Positions 51,850 through 62,779 of a stretch of DNA of 64,000 nt are shown here, piece after piece. Source of the stretch: Octopus bimaculoides (taxonomy: Eukaryota); NCBI RefSeq assembly GCF_001194135.2, contig NC_068994.1:51863969-51927968 (forward strand), written 5' to 3'. The notes under the pieces are model-generated. The model saw nothing but the letters and a program-made list of their open reading frames with translations. It did not search any database and was not told the origin of the DNA. The translations under genes and the position numbers were made by a program. Each line of letters begins with the position of its first letter. The first letter of the stretch is position 1.

Positions 51850-52410
51850 ACGGCCCTACACTAAAAAGATTGAAACAGTCTAGTGGATGAGCTACAGGGA
51901 TAGGCTGAGAAAACTACAACTCTACTCTTTGGAGCGAAGGCGTGACAGATACGCAAAAATATACATATGGAAAATCCTAGAAGGGCTAGTACCTAACTTT
52001 GGCATTGAGTGTTATACAAATGCCAGAACTGGCCGCCATTGCATTGTACCAAAGGTACCGTTTACTCCATCTAAATTCAGGACTAGGTATTGCAATAGTC
52101 TAGGGTTCAAAGGCCCACAGCCTTTCAATGCCCTGCTACAAAAATTAAGAAATTTGCATAAAGTGGAAGTAGATGTCTTCAAAAGGGAATTAGACATTCT
52201 CCTTTCCACAATATCGGATGAACCAACAGCCCGTCATGAAGTACAGATGTGGGTTGCAGAATCAAACTCAGTTATACATCAAATGTACCAACATCTGGGA
52301 GCCAGGCACATACAGGAGTGGTGATGTGAAACACCCAGACTGAGGAAGTCAGAACGACCATGGTGGTGCTCCAGCATGACAACAGCCGCATGGCTGAAAC
52401 GAGTAAAGAG
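51850..52410 (+). mobile_element. CR1-clade LINE 3' end (ORF2 C-terminus + 3'UTR)
   Basis: ORF 51887-52324 MSYRDRLRKLQLYSLERRRDRYAKIYIWKILEGLVPN..., then tail GGTGGTGCTCCAGCATG..CAGCCGCATGGCTGAAACGAGTAAAGAG. Confidence 0.88.
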
Positions 52411-52475
52411 TATATATATATAGTTGGCTCCAGCTCATATCCGAGTATTGGGTTCGTCAGTTTCCAAGAGCAGTT

Positions 52476-52804
52476 TGTAAATATAGTGGATCGGTCGGTA
52501 CAGCTTTCAAACGTCGCTTCCTCCAGGGTCCCAGAAAGACGTTTTGTCACGTCCCTGGCCAGCCACGTGGTGGCACCTCAAAGATGAAGGGACCCCACGT
52601 GATATCAGATGGAGAATAATAGAACATCTAGGCCCATATATTAATAGGAGTGGCCGTTGCAAAATCTGCATCGCGGTGAGAACAAAACTCCTTAAGGACT
52701 ATGCTAAACCTTACACATTAAACAGTCATAAAGAAGTTTTCTCGAAATGTGTCGATTTCAAGCGCTACCTACTAGAAAATGGGATCTCCGCATTTGTTGG
52801 TTAG
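52476..52804 (+). mobile_element. Penelope-like element GIY-YIG endonuclease remnant
   Basis: KYSGSVGTAFKRRF / PERRFVTSLASHV / WHLKDEGTPRDIRWRII...PY..RSGRCKICIAVRTKLL...LNSHKEVFSKC across two frameshifts. Confidence 0.75.
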
Positions 52805-53489
52805 GCTATTTCGGGTCCGTAAGGTTTTATTCATCCTCTGGTCCAGGGGAGATAGCCCGTCCTCATTAACATTTTTATACGTTGGCGTTAAGCCACGATA
52901 TCTTAGCGCGCTAACTAGAAGATATGTAGCGAAGACCTTTTTTTGGTGCACGGGAGACAACTCTGGACATATCTTGCTATTTAATCCCCCCACCCCACCA
53001 TCATTTTATTATAAAAATGACTAAAGATTTTTCCTTTCTGTTGACGTGTAATTTATTTCTAGATGGCTTTTTCAAACAAGTTTAATCGCACCCAACAGTT
53101 TTTTTTTCGAAAACAAAAATAAAACCTAATATGAACTTAACTATTGTTCTTTTTCCAGCGTATTGATTTGTAACAGTAGTTCTTTAGTAGTTATACTTAA
53201 GAAATTTTGTAATGTTGTAAGCGGTTACAACCACGCTTGCCTAATAAATATAATGTGAAGGGCCGTAGATGGAGCACTATAATATAATAGCCAAAAAAAA
53301 AAAAAAAAAGAGATCAATATAATTTTAAAATGCAAATAACTAAATTGATATTTCCATATATCTAAATATATATATATTTATCAGAGATGACATAGTTATA
53401 TAAACAGTTTAATTTTCGAATGCTGTAAGCGGGCTAATTTTAGTCTTGAAATTAAAATCCGACCCAAAATGTAATTAAAAGATTCTGGG

Positions 53490-53780
53490 AAAGCAGACGT
53501 ATAAATATATTATATATACATATATTATATATATTATATTATATATAGATATAATCACACCTTTATATACAGTTGTATATTCATAATTACACATCTACAA
53601 ATAATTATATATATATTCATATATATACATACATATATATATATACATACATATATATATATACATAATTACATATGTATATATAAATATAATATAATTA
53701 CAGCACTACACACAGTTGTATATAATTGTGTGTGTACACATATATATTTATACATATTTATATCTTAAATCTATATATAA
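53490..53780. repeat. Complex (TA)n/(TACA)n low-complexity tract immediately upstream of the ERI1 ATG
   Basis: Near-pure A/T dinucleotide mosaic ending about 45 nt before the start codon. Confidence 0.85.
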
Positions 53781-53825
53781 ACGTATTCAGTTTACATTTC
53801 GATTGCTTGTTCTTCGGCCTAAATC

Positions 53826-53950
53826 ATGGCATCGGCTCCAGTTTCGTCGAAGCCCTCAACAGAAACTAATTGCGTTGCTCCAGCTGACAAAGAAGAATCG
53901 ACGGCATCAGACAAAGAAAGGGAACGAGATCAATCGCAAAACACAGATCC
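53826..53950 (+). CDS. ERI1: ERI1 probable first coding exon (runs into gap)
   Basis: atcATGG context; open polar N-terminus MASAPVSSKPSTETNCVAPADKEESTASDKERERDQSQNTD. Assigned by position, not by conserved motif. Confidence 0.65.
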
Positions 53951-55294
53951 NNNNNNNNNNNNNNNNNNNNNNNNNNNNNNNNNNNNNNNNNNNNNNNNNN
54001 NNNNNNNNNNNNNNNNNNNNNNNNNNNNNNNNNNNNNNNNNNNNNNNNNNNNNNNNNNNNNNNNNNNNNNNNNNNNNNNNNNNNNNNNNNNNNNNNNNNN
54101 NNNNNNNNNNNNNNNNNNNNNNNNNNNNNNNNNNNNNNNNNNNNNNNNNNNNNNNNNNNNNNNNNNNNNNNNNNNNNNNNNNNNNNNNNNNNNNNNNNNN
54201 NNNNNNNNNNNNNNNNNNNNNNNNNNNNNNNNNNNNNNNNNNNNNNNNNNNNNNNNNNNNNNNNNNNNNNNNNNNNNNNNNNNNNNNNNNNNNNNNNNNN
54301 NNNNNNNNNNNNNNNNNNNNNNNNNNNNNNNNNNNNNNNNNNNNNNNNNNNNNNNNNNNNNNNNNNNNNNNNNNNNNNNNNNNNNNNNNNNNNNNNNNNN
54401 NNNNNNNNNNNNNNNNNNNNNNNNNNNNNNNNNNNNNNNNNNNNNNNNNNNNNNNNNNNNNNNNNNNNNNNNNNNNNNNNNNNNNNNNNNNNNNNNNNNN
54501 NNNNNNNNNNNNNNNNNNNNNNNNNNNNNNNNNNNNNNNNNNNNNNNNNNNNNNNNNNNNNNNNNNNNNNNNNNNNNNNNNNNNNNNNNNNNNNNNNNNN
54601 NNNNNNNNNNNNNNNNNNNNNNNNNNNNNNNNNNNNNNNNNNNNNNNNNNNNNNNNNNNNNNNNNNNNNNNNNNNNNNNNNNNNNNNNNNNNNNNNNNNN
54701 NNNNNNNNNNNNNNNNNNNNNNNNNNNNNNNNNNNNNNNNNNNNNNNNNNNNNNNNNNNNNNNNNNNNNNNNNNNNNNNNNNNNNNCGTTATGTCGTTTG
54801 TACATAAATTTTTAAAATTGAAAGTATAAATAAGAAAGAAAAGAAACTATTATGGGCAAAACTAATACACGGTCAGTCAGTCGCCTTTTTTAGAAATACC
54901 AGTTAAATCTTCTTCGTATTTCACTATTTTTAAATTAAGGGATCGATTAGGTACCGGACGAGGATTCTGGATTCTTTTTCCTGTTTTTTTTTAACTTAAT
55001 TTTTGAGAGCAGTCGGGTTCATTTTTAGTGTTCTTGTTTGTGAGAGCAGTTGGGTTTAATTCAGATCTCATTTTAAAAATCATCTCTGGCTAATCATTGA
55101 GAGGACATTGGTGTTGCCCTGACGGAAGTTTGCGCTCTCTAAGCACTCTTGTTATTATTATTAAGGTGGCAAACCGGCAGAATTGTTAGCAAGTGGTGCA
55201 AAATAGTTGGCACCATTTTTTCCGATTCTTTGCATTTTAAGTTCAAATTCCACCGAGGTTGACTTTGCCTTTAATCCTTTCGGAGTCAATAAAC

Positions 55295-55366
<72 letters not shown>

Positions 55367-55597
55367 GAAGAAGAAGAAGAAGGTGATGAATTGGCAGAAT
55401 CATTAGCACGACAGGTAAAATGCTTCATGGCATTTCGTCTGTCCTTACATTCTGAGTTCAAATTCAGCTGAGATCGACTTTGCCTTTCATCCTTTCGGGG
55501 CCCAAAAACTAAGTACCAGTTACACACTGAGGTCGATGCATTCGACTGGCCCCTTTCCCCAAATTTCAGACCTTGTGCCTATAGTAGAAAGGATTAC

Positions 55598-55637
<40 letters not shown>

Positions 55638-58212
55638 GTTACTTCCACCTTAGCGAAGGCAGAGGTATTGTTTCCAGCTGTGTTTGCTTGTTTGTCTGCG
55701 GACAAGATATCTCAAGAACCACTGTATGGAATCTGGTGAAACTTTTAGGGATGTTTGTCCCTGTGACTGGCATGAACTGATTAGATTTTGGGATTGATCC
55801 GGTACCGGACAAGAATTCTGGATTACTTTTCTGTTTTTTTTACTTAATTTTTGAAAGCAGTTGGGTTCATTTTTAGTATTCTCCTTTGTGAGAGCAGTCG
55901 AGTTTTTTCCAGATATTCTCATTTTAAAAATCATCTCTGGCTAATTGTTGAGAGGACGTTGGTGTTGCCTTGGTGGAGGTCTGCGCTCTCTGAGTGCTTT
56001 TATTATTATTATTATTATTACTATTTTTATTATTTTTTTTTTCCCCGATATTTCAGAAAAGCAGATCAAAACAAGCTGATTTGACATTTCCTGATCATGT
56101 GTACAAAAGGCTGTCTCGGATCAATGGGGCTATAAACAAAATGACTAAGTCTGAGCTTCTAAAGAAGGTGCATGACTTACAATTGGACTCTAGGTAAGTT
56201 GAAAGTTACAGGATACAAAGGAATGGGTATTTGCTGTTGATTTTTGCCCTTCTAAGTTGGTGAGCTGGCAGAATCGTTAGCACACCTGGTAAAACAGGTA
56301 CCAGCTTATTATGTCCTTGGGTTCTGGATATAAACTACACTGTAACCATGTTATAACACCACACAAACTAAATCAGAAACAGACACATAACACACTTATA
56401 TCTCTTCTCAACGACTTCTACGACTGCCTTCACAAATGCAACTGCACACTCCACACTGTATGTCGCATAGTCAGTATGCACGTGCCTTTATAAGGTTTAG
56501 GACAGTTCACTTGCTATCCCACCGGGGTGTCAGGATTTCACTGCAACACAGTTGAACAACAGGGTTGATATAATTGACTTACTACCTAATCTGAAATTAC
56601 TGGCCTTGTGCTTAAATAGAAGCTCCTAGATTGAACCCATGTTTACATATCTAGGAATAAGACAATCAAAACATAGTGTTGATATATAAGATAAAGTTCC
56701 TTCTGGGTAACTAGCCCTTTGAGTCTTAGACTCAGAAGGCCAGTTTCCTGGATTCTGTGATGTATATATTCTCCTGGACAAGACACAGGTCCATCACAGG
56801 AATACTCATTTATGCCAGCTGAGTGGACTGGGGCAATGTGAAATGGAGTGTTTTGCTCAAGAACACAACATGTCACCCAGTTCTGGAATTGAAACCACAA
56901 TCTTGCGATCATAAGTCCCACGCCCTAATTGCTAAGCCACGCACCTCCACAGTGTAGATATAAATACTGTAAATATACACTCTAAAGATGTGGTTAAATA
57001 GTTTAGTTTCAATATTTATAAATAGAAGATTGACCTTCAAGAGCCCTGTGCTGGGGCCACATGGAAAGTACTTGTGGCAGTGTTATGTAAAAGTGCCTGT
57101 GTGGTGTCTTATAAAAGCATCCATGAGGTGCCACTTAAGAGCACCCGGTGCAGTGCCACGTAAAAGCACCCAGGACACTCTGTAAAGTGGTTGGTGTTAG
57201 GAAGAGTATCCAGCCGTAGAAGCCATACCAAATCAGACTGGAGCCTGGTGCAGCTCCCCAGCTTGCCAGTTTTGGTCAAACTGCCCAACCTATGCCAGCA
57301 TGGACAACAAATGTTAAATAATGATGATGATGATAAATATCATTTTTTAAAAAATGGTTTTGACTCATACAGAATGCAGTATTGCTCTAATATAGAAAAA
57401 AGACCTAATATTTATATCTTACAGCAAGTGACAATCATGTAGGGTGGGCTTGAATATCCTACCATCATAACACCACATTCCATTACTATTCCTGTAGTGT
57501 GGCTAACAAATCAGAGGGGTTTCATGTGTTTTCTTTTCTTGTTCCAGAGGCAATAAGGGTGTGTTACAGAAACGTTTGAAGATGTACTACAAGAAGCACC
57601 GGTTACGGGCAGTCAACAGCAGTTTGGTGAAAGAAACTGGTTTTGAGTTTCTACTAGTCATTGACTTTGAGGCTACCTGTACACCCTACAATGTCAACTT
57701 CCAACATGAAATCATTGAGTTTCCCATCATCCTTATTGATGTGCAGCAGAAGAAGATAGTAAGTAATAGTCTAGACTCTCTCTCTCTCCATCCATCTATA
57801 TATATATATATATATATATATACACAAACCATATATACTCGGCTATAAGTCGCACATTTTTTTCCCTGAAATGTTCACCTAAAGTTGGGGGTGTGATTTA
57901 TAAGCGCATCCTATAAAATAATCTTCACTGCGATTTATAGTCAGGTCAGTGATAAAATTCCCAGTTCGAACCTTGTAAGTAGGGGTTGCATCTTATAGGT
58001 GAGGGCGTTTTATAGTCGAGTATCTGTGTGTGTAGTTTTTAAAAATTTTTCATGACATTCATCTCAAATTACATATCTGATACTTATTGTCTTTGCTTTC
58101 TTGTTTCAGGTTGATAAATTCCATGCTTACTGTAAACCCACAATGAATCCACAGCTTACAAAGTTTTGTATAGAATTAACAGGTATTACCCAGGTGAGAA
58201 TATTATTATTAC

Positions 58213-58260
<48 letters not shown>

Positions 58261-58580
58261 AGCAGATGCCTTGTGGCATTTCTTCCAACTTCACATTCTG
58301 AGTTCAAATGCCACTGAGGTTGACTTGGCTTCTCATTCTTTTGGGGTTTGATAAAATAAATACCAGTTGCACACTGGGGTTGATGGAATCAACTTACCTC
58401 CTCCTCCAAAACTGCTGGCCTTGAATTTGAAATTTGAAACTATTAAACTCTGCCAAATCAGATTGGAGCCTGGTGTTGCCATCCGGTTTCACCAGTCCTC
58501 AGTCAAATCGTCCAACTCATGCTAACACGGAAAGCAGACGTTAAACAATGATGATGATGATGGTGATGGTGATGATGATG

Positions 58581-58612
<32 letters not shown>

Positions 58613-60431
58613 TGTAGGCATTTCCTATGATAGTTTGTCTCATATATGTACAAACGATACAAATAAATCTTGTGTAACATGTGACAAAATTGCATGTGAA
58701 ATACATGCTAAAAAAAAAATCAATGAGCAATGGGTTTTATGAAATACAGGGTGTCCACAAAGTCTGGGTACATGGGGATTAAGACATACTTTAAGAAATT
58801 ATTATTTCTTATATCTAATTGTTTATCTTATGATTTTATTTATTCCATGTACCCAGTCTTTGTGGACACCCTGTAGAACGGTATTTTTAAGTGTATTCAC
58901 TTTATTTTCTATGAAACATAACTGTAATTTCAAATGAATTTTATGTGTGGCCATTATTGTTTCAGGAAACTGTCAACAATGCACAAACATTTCCTGCGGT
59001 TATGTCGCAAGCTCTACAATGGCTTTTATCAAAAGGTTTGCTGACCTCTGTCTTAAACAGTTCACATCGAAGAAATAAATTTGCTATTGTGACTGATGGG
59101 TAAGGAAATGCCTGTTTGATAATTTAATCGTTTCACATTTAAACCTGTCATATCCACCCGAAATATTCTACCTGTTTTATGTTCAAACTGGCCTTGCCAG
59201 ATCTAGCTTCTCTCACTTACTCTACAATGTCATTCTAAAAATAAACTATCACTTCATTGAAATCTCAAAGCTACGAAATAATGCATGATTAGTTCAAAAC
59301 GATCTGAATAAATAAGCATCACATTTGACTGAGTAATCTGAATGCCAAAGGGTTAAAAACAAAAAACAATAATCCATATGTTTGTGTGGATAAGGGGTTG
59401 GTTTATGGACCTCATTGTCATTGTACAGCAGCAATTGTTTAATCATAAGAAGGGAAGTACCTTTGATCCCTTTTCAAGGAACTGGTGAGACAAAGGGAAG
59501 AAGTTATCCTTAGCTAGGAAACTTGACTCAAATGGTTTTAGCAGAGAGGGTGGGGGTTGGGGCTGGGGACATGCACACACCAGGTGTTAGCATTCGACTA
59601 AAAGATGGATTAAATTAACCACTAAGAACAAGAATAATTCTTTTAGCAGGCTTCCACACAGTTTCCTTCAACCAAATTTCACTCACAAGGCTTTGGGTTG
59701 ACCTGTTACAATATATATATATATATATACATGCCATCAGATAAGATACATTATCATGAGTGAGTATCAAACATGGCAGTGTTTTTGCATAAGAAAAAAA
59801 AGAAAGATATCGTGTGTGTGTGTGTGTGTGTGTGCACTTGCTTTCATTTCCATTCTATCTGTATGCGTATGTACATGCAAACTTGTGATGGTGATTCCAG
59901 CTCGTATTAATGTATTTTTCCATTATATTTTTCAGACCCTGGGACATGGGACGTTTTCTTTATTACCAGTGCCAGTACAGTGGGGTGCAGTTTCCACGAT
60001 GGGCCCGTCGCTGGATCAACATACGGCGGCGCTATGAGAGTTTCTACAGTTGCAAGAAAGTAGGTGGTCTGAAAGGCATGCTGGAAATGTTGGGGATGTC
60101 TTTCGAAGGCCAGCTGCACTGCGGACTTGATGATGCATACAACATTGCCAGGATTGCATTACGGCTGATGGCGGACGGATGCTGTTTGAAGATAAACGAA
60201 TATCTCAATGCACCAATTGTGGATGTTTCATCATCATCATCAACAGCAGCAGCAGAAGGATCGACTTCAGTATCTGCTGCACAAAGCAATTCGGAAGACA
60301 GCGATTCCTCTGATGACAACACCAATGGCAAAATAAAATCAGTCACAGTTTCAGCCAGAAAGATTTCAGCACTGTCTCACTCGGTCGACACCGATGTCGC
60401 GAAAGAAATGAGCAAACTAAGTGTTGACTAA
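53826..60431 (+). CDS. ERI1: 3'-5' exoribonuclease 1 (SAP domain + DEDDh exonuclease)
   Basis: Exons 53826-(gap at 53951), 56057-56193, 57548-57758, 58110-58193, 58966-59099 and 59936-60431 are in frame. SAP helix INKMTKSELLKKVHDLQLDSRGNKGVLQKRLKMYYKK; catalytic VIDFEATC, HEIIEFP, TDGPWDM, HCGLDDAYN. Confidence 0.95.
54935..55150 (+). mobile_element. Helentron-like element, 3' part
   Basis: About 210-bp direct paralog of 55790-56000 ending GGAAGTTTGCGCTCTCTAAGCACT. Confidence 0.65.
55296..55365. repeat. (ATT)n microsatellite
   Basis: Direct inspection; similar tracts at about 13680, 42780, 55595, 58200, 58580. Confidence 0.95.
55639..56000 (+). mobile_element. Helentron-like (HINE/DINE-1-type) non-autonomous element, near full length
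   Basis: 5' palindrome ACTTCCACCTT-AGCG-AAGGCAGAGGT, TGTY-like core, 3' inverted CCTTGGTGGAGGT plus hairpin GCGCTC-TCT-GAGTGC; inserted in a TTA microsatellite. Confidence 0.7.
56057..56193 (+). CDS. ERI1: ERI1 exon (SAP domain N-half)
   Basis: tttcag|AAA...AG|gtaagt; FPDHVYKRLSRINGAINKMTKSELLKKVHDLQLDS. Confidence 0.9.
57100..57335 (+). mobile_element. Old SINE/RTE-tail copy
   Basis: GTAAAAGCACCC..GTTAGGAAGAGTATCCAGCCGTAGAA..CAACCTATGCCAGCATGG..(atg)n. Confidence 0.75.
57548..57758 (+). CDS. ERI1: ERI1 exon (SAP C-half, Exo I motif)
   Basis: ttccag|A...ATA|gtaagt; GNKGVLQKRLKMYYKK...VIDFEATC...HEIIEFPIILID. Confidence 0.96.
57829..58025. mobile_element. pogo/Tc2-like MITE
   Basis: Imperfect TIRs ATACTCGGCTATAAGTCGC / GCGTTTTATAGTCGAGTAT. 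Confidence 0.65.
58110..58193 (+). CDS. ERI1: ERI1 exon
   Basis: tttcag|GTT...CAG|gtgaga; VDKFHAYCKPTMNPQLTKFCIELTGITQ. Confidence 0.96.
58747..58873. mobile_element. Tc1/mariner-type MITE with TA TSD
   Basis: 29-bp TIR CAGGGTGTCCACAAAG(T/A)CTGGGTACATGG (one mismatch) flanked by TA on both sides. Confidence 0.9.
58966..59099 (+). CDS. ERI1: ERI1 exon
   Basis: tttcag|GAA...GG|gtaagg; ETVNNAQTFPAVMSQALQWL...KFAIVTDG. Confidence 0.93.
59936..60431 (+). CDS. ERI1: ERI1 terminal coding exon
   Basis: tttcag|A CCC TGG GAC ATG...TAA; PWDMGRFL...WINIRRRY...HCGLDDAYNIARIALRLMADGC plus a Ser/Asp-rich tail. Confidence 0.95.
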
Positions 60432-62779
60432 CCCTTAGCTTTATGGTTCTTCCACCTCGATGAAGACATATTGGGAATTGTCTTTTTGTCATCGACTGTG
60501 ATTCGCACTTCTCAGATTCTGTGATTTCAAAAGATTGTCTTTCAATTTGGTGTCTCAACAATCAAGGCCAAGTTGTTTCCAACCATTTTTGGAAGAAACT
60601 TTAAAGACTTGAATTGCATACATTAAATTCTTTTTTATTTATATTCATTGCTGGTTTTGTTTAATTTTTTTAAAAATTCTATTTTAATTTCTTCTAATTT
60701 TTCTTCTAATTATTATTGGACAACTGGATAAAGTAGTTCTAGCCATTTAAGCATAGCAACGGAAGTTTATGGGGCAGTTGCTAGCACGGGGGCCATCCAT
60801 CTGTTCTGTTTGGAGAGAATGTAGGAATTCATAGAAATAGTATTCAAACTTGCGTTGGATCAAGTAAAACTGATTAGAGGAGGTGAAAGGATGAAATCAA
60901 GGGATATGGGTTAATAATTAGTTTGATTCAACCATTGCAAGGAAACCGTTTGCTGTCAGGTGAAGCTTCGACAGCGAATAGTACAAACATTTGAGCTATT
61001 ACTCATGTTTCTGTTGCATTTGGAGGATTTGCGGATTGAGAAAGTTGTACCCTACACCAAACTGTGGAACTATGTAGCATGAAATGGTGCACGAAAGCGA
61101 ATTATCCTGTGTCTGCACCAGACTCAGGATAATTCGCTATTTTGATGGTTTCATGCTTACCTCTTAACAGAGTTAACTCCCTTGAGTGCATGGTCTAAGG
61201 GAAATAACTCCAGAACTCTAGTCATTTTTAAATAGTTATTACTCAAAATGAACGCGAACGTGTTCGGAGTTGTTGGATATAAAAGTCGCGATTGCAGTGG
61301 CTTTGATTATAGATCTGCTCATCATGGCTGATAAAGGACTAAACAACAACAACAACAACAACAGCAACAGTAGAAGCAACAAAACAACAACAGCTACAAC
61401 AACAACAAAGAAATAGGCTGAGAAGATTCTACTCTTAAAAAGGATCGATGGAGGTAACGAATGTATACATTGCTTCGATAGTGTATTAGCGTCTGATAAC
61501 CGCGCGGATATAGATCTGTTGTATATCTGTCTAAACCAGATGAATTTTCTCTTTCGATTCTTGAGGTTTCTTTAGTCAGAAAGTTTATCTGTTTCCAATA
61601 TCCACTCATGGCAAGTATCGAAATATCGTATTTGATTTGCGTTCTGACTTCAAATCTCTGTGATCTGTGTGTATACAGTGAACTAGTACTGATGCAAGTG
61701 AGTCTACACATGTACATGTGTATATACGAGGATGCTGCGTATGATGTGACGATCCAACTAAGATGTGCTTCTGAAATGAAAACAATTTGGGAAGTGGTGA
61801 ATTTATGATCTCGATGTAACATAATCTGTTCTGTTTACGACAGTGCGTGCAGAAGATATATACTTCAAGAAGTATCGTGTCTAGGAATTCTGTCGTGTTG
61901 ACGACATCATGTGCATAAAATGTGGTTATTTGAATCATCATCATCATGTACAATCAGCAATATTCTCTGTGCAGCAACACATGTAATTAGAGCCGTGTTG
62001 GCCGACAACCTGCAATGGCTGAGAAGCTGCGAAGGTTGTAAATGCTTTGTTGGCTATTAGTGATTAGGCACGCCTGTCGATATAACAGCATACTAATCAC
62101 TTCATTGGCTGAGAATTCACTTAATTCGATCATCAAATAAATAAAATTTGCGGACGCGAGTTCACAGTATTGCCATACCAAGAAATGTATTTAAAACTAT
62201 TCCAGGAAAGATTCTCTACAGTGATTCCTGTCTTGATTGCTGGTAACAAATGGATGTGGGCATCTCAAATACTGAAAATCAAATGTTTAAATTGCAAAAA
62301 GTACCTATAGATATAATTTGTTAAAACATAAGATGATTTATGTGTTATTGTAATACCGAAACTGTAGGAAGAACGTTCGCCTTCCTCGCTGTTTTGGGTC
62401 GTATAATTTTTCTGTCTTTATGCATTGATACTGACGAGATACTGCCGCTGTTGCTGCTATTGTTGGACAGAATACCAGTGTTACTAATGTTGTTTTCCAT
62501 GATTATTGTTGTTTGTTGAAGAAATGGCAGTGACGTTGGCTGTGCTGGTGTAACAGTAAAAGAAGCTCAGCGAGGTAATATGGACAAGTGATGAAACAAA
62601 ACTTGAAACGTTGAAATATTAGATAAATCTTTTCGGGGTCACCAATGGAGAATATAAAGATTCAACCAATATATATATACAAGTGAGTCTGCATGTGTGC
62701 ATGTGTGTATATGAGCCACAGAATTGCGGTTTTGGTGGTTAAGAAATCACTGATGAAGCTTATGAGAACTAAAACAATA

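Noticed and set aside
53774-53792. TATA-like and TCAGTT initiator-like motifs before the ERI1 ATG
   Set aside because: The TATA is part of a (TA)n tract and only about 10 nt from the Inr. TTCAG could equally be a splice acceptor of a 5'UTR intron, so it cannot be called.
55161-55739. Poly-Asn/Ile/Leu ORFs (also 42564-42903, 58101-58742)
   Set aside because: Products of (ATT)n/(TAA)n microsatellites in introns.
61394-61822. 142-aa minus-strand ORF
   Set aside because: No recognisable domain. Weak resemblance to LINE endonuclease motifs is unconvincing, and there is no splice support.
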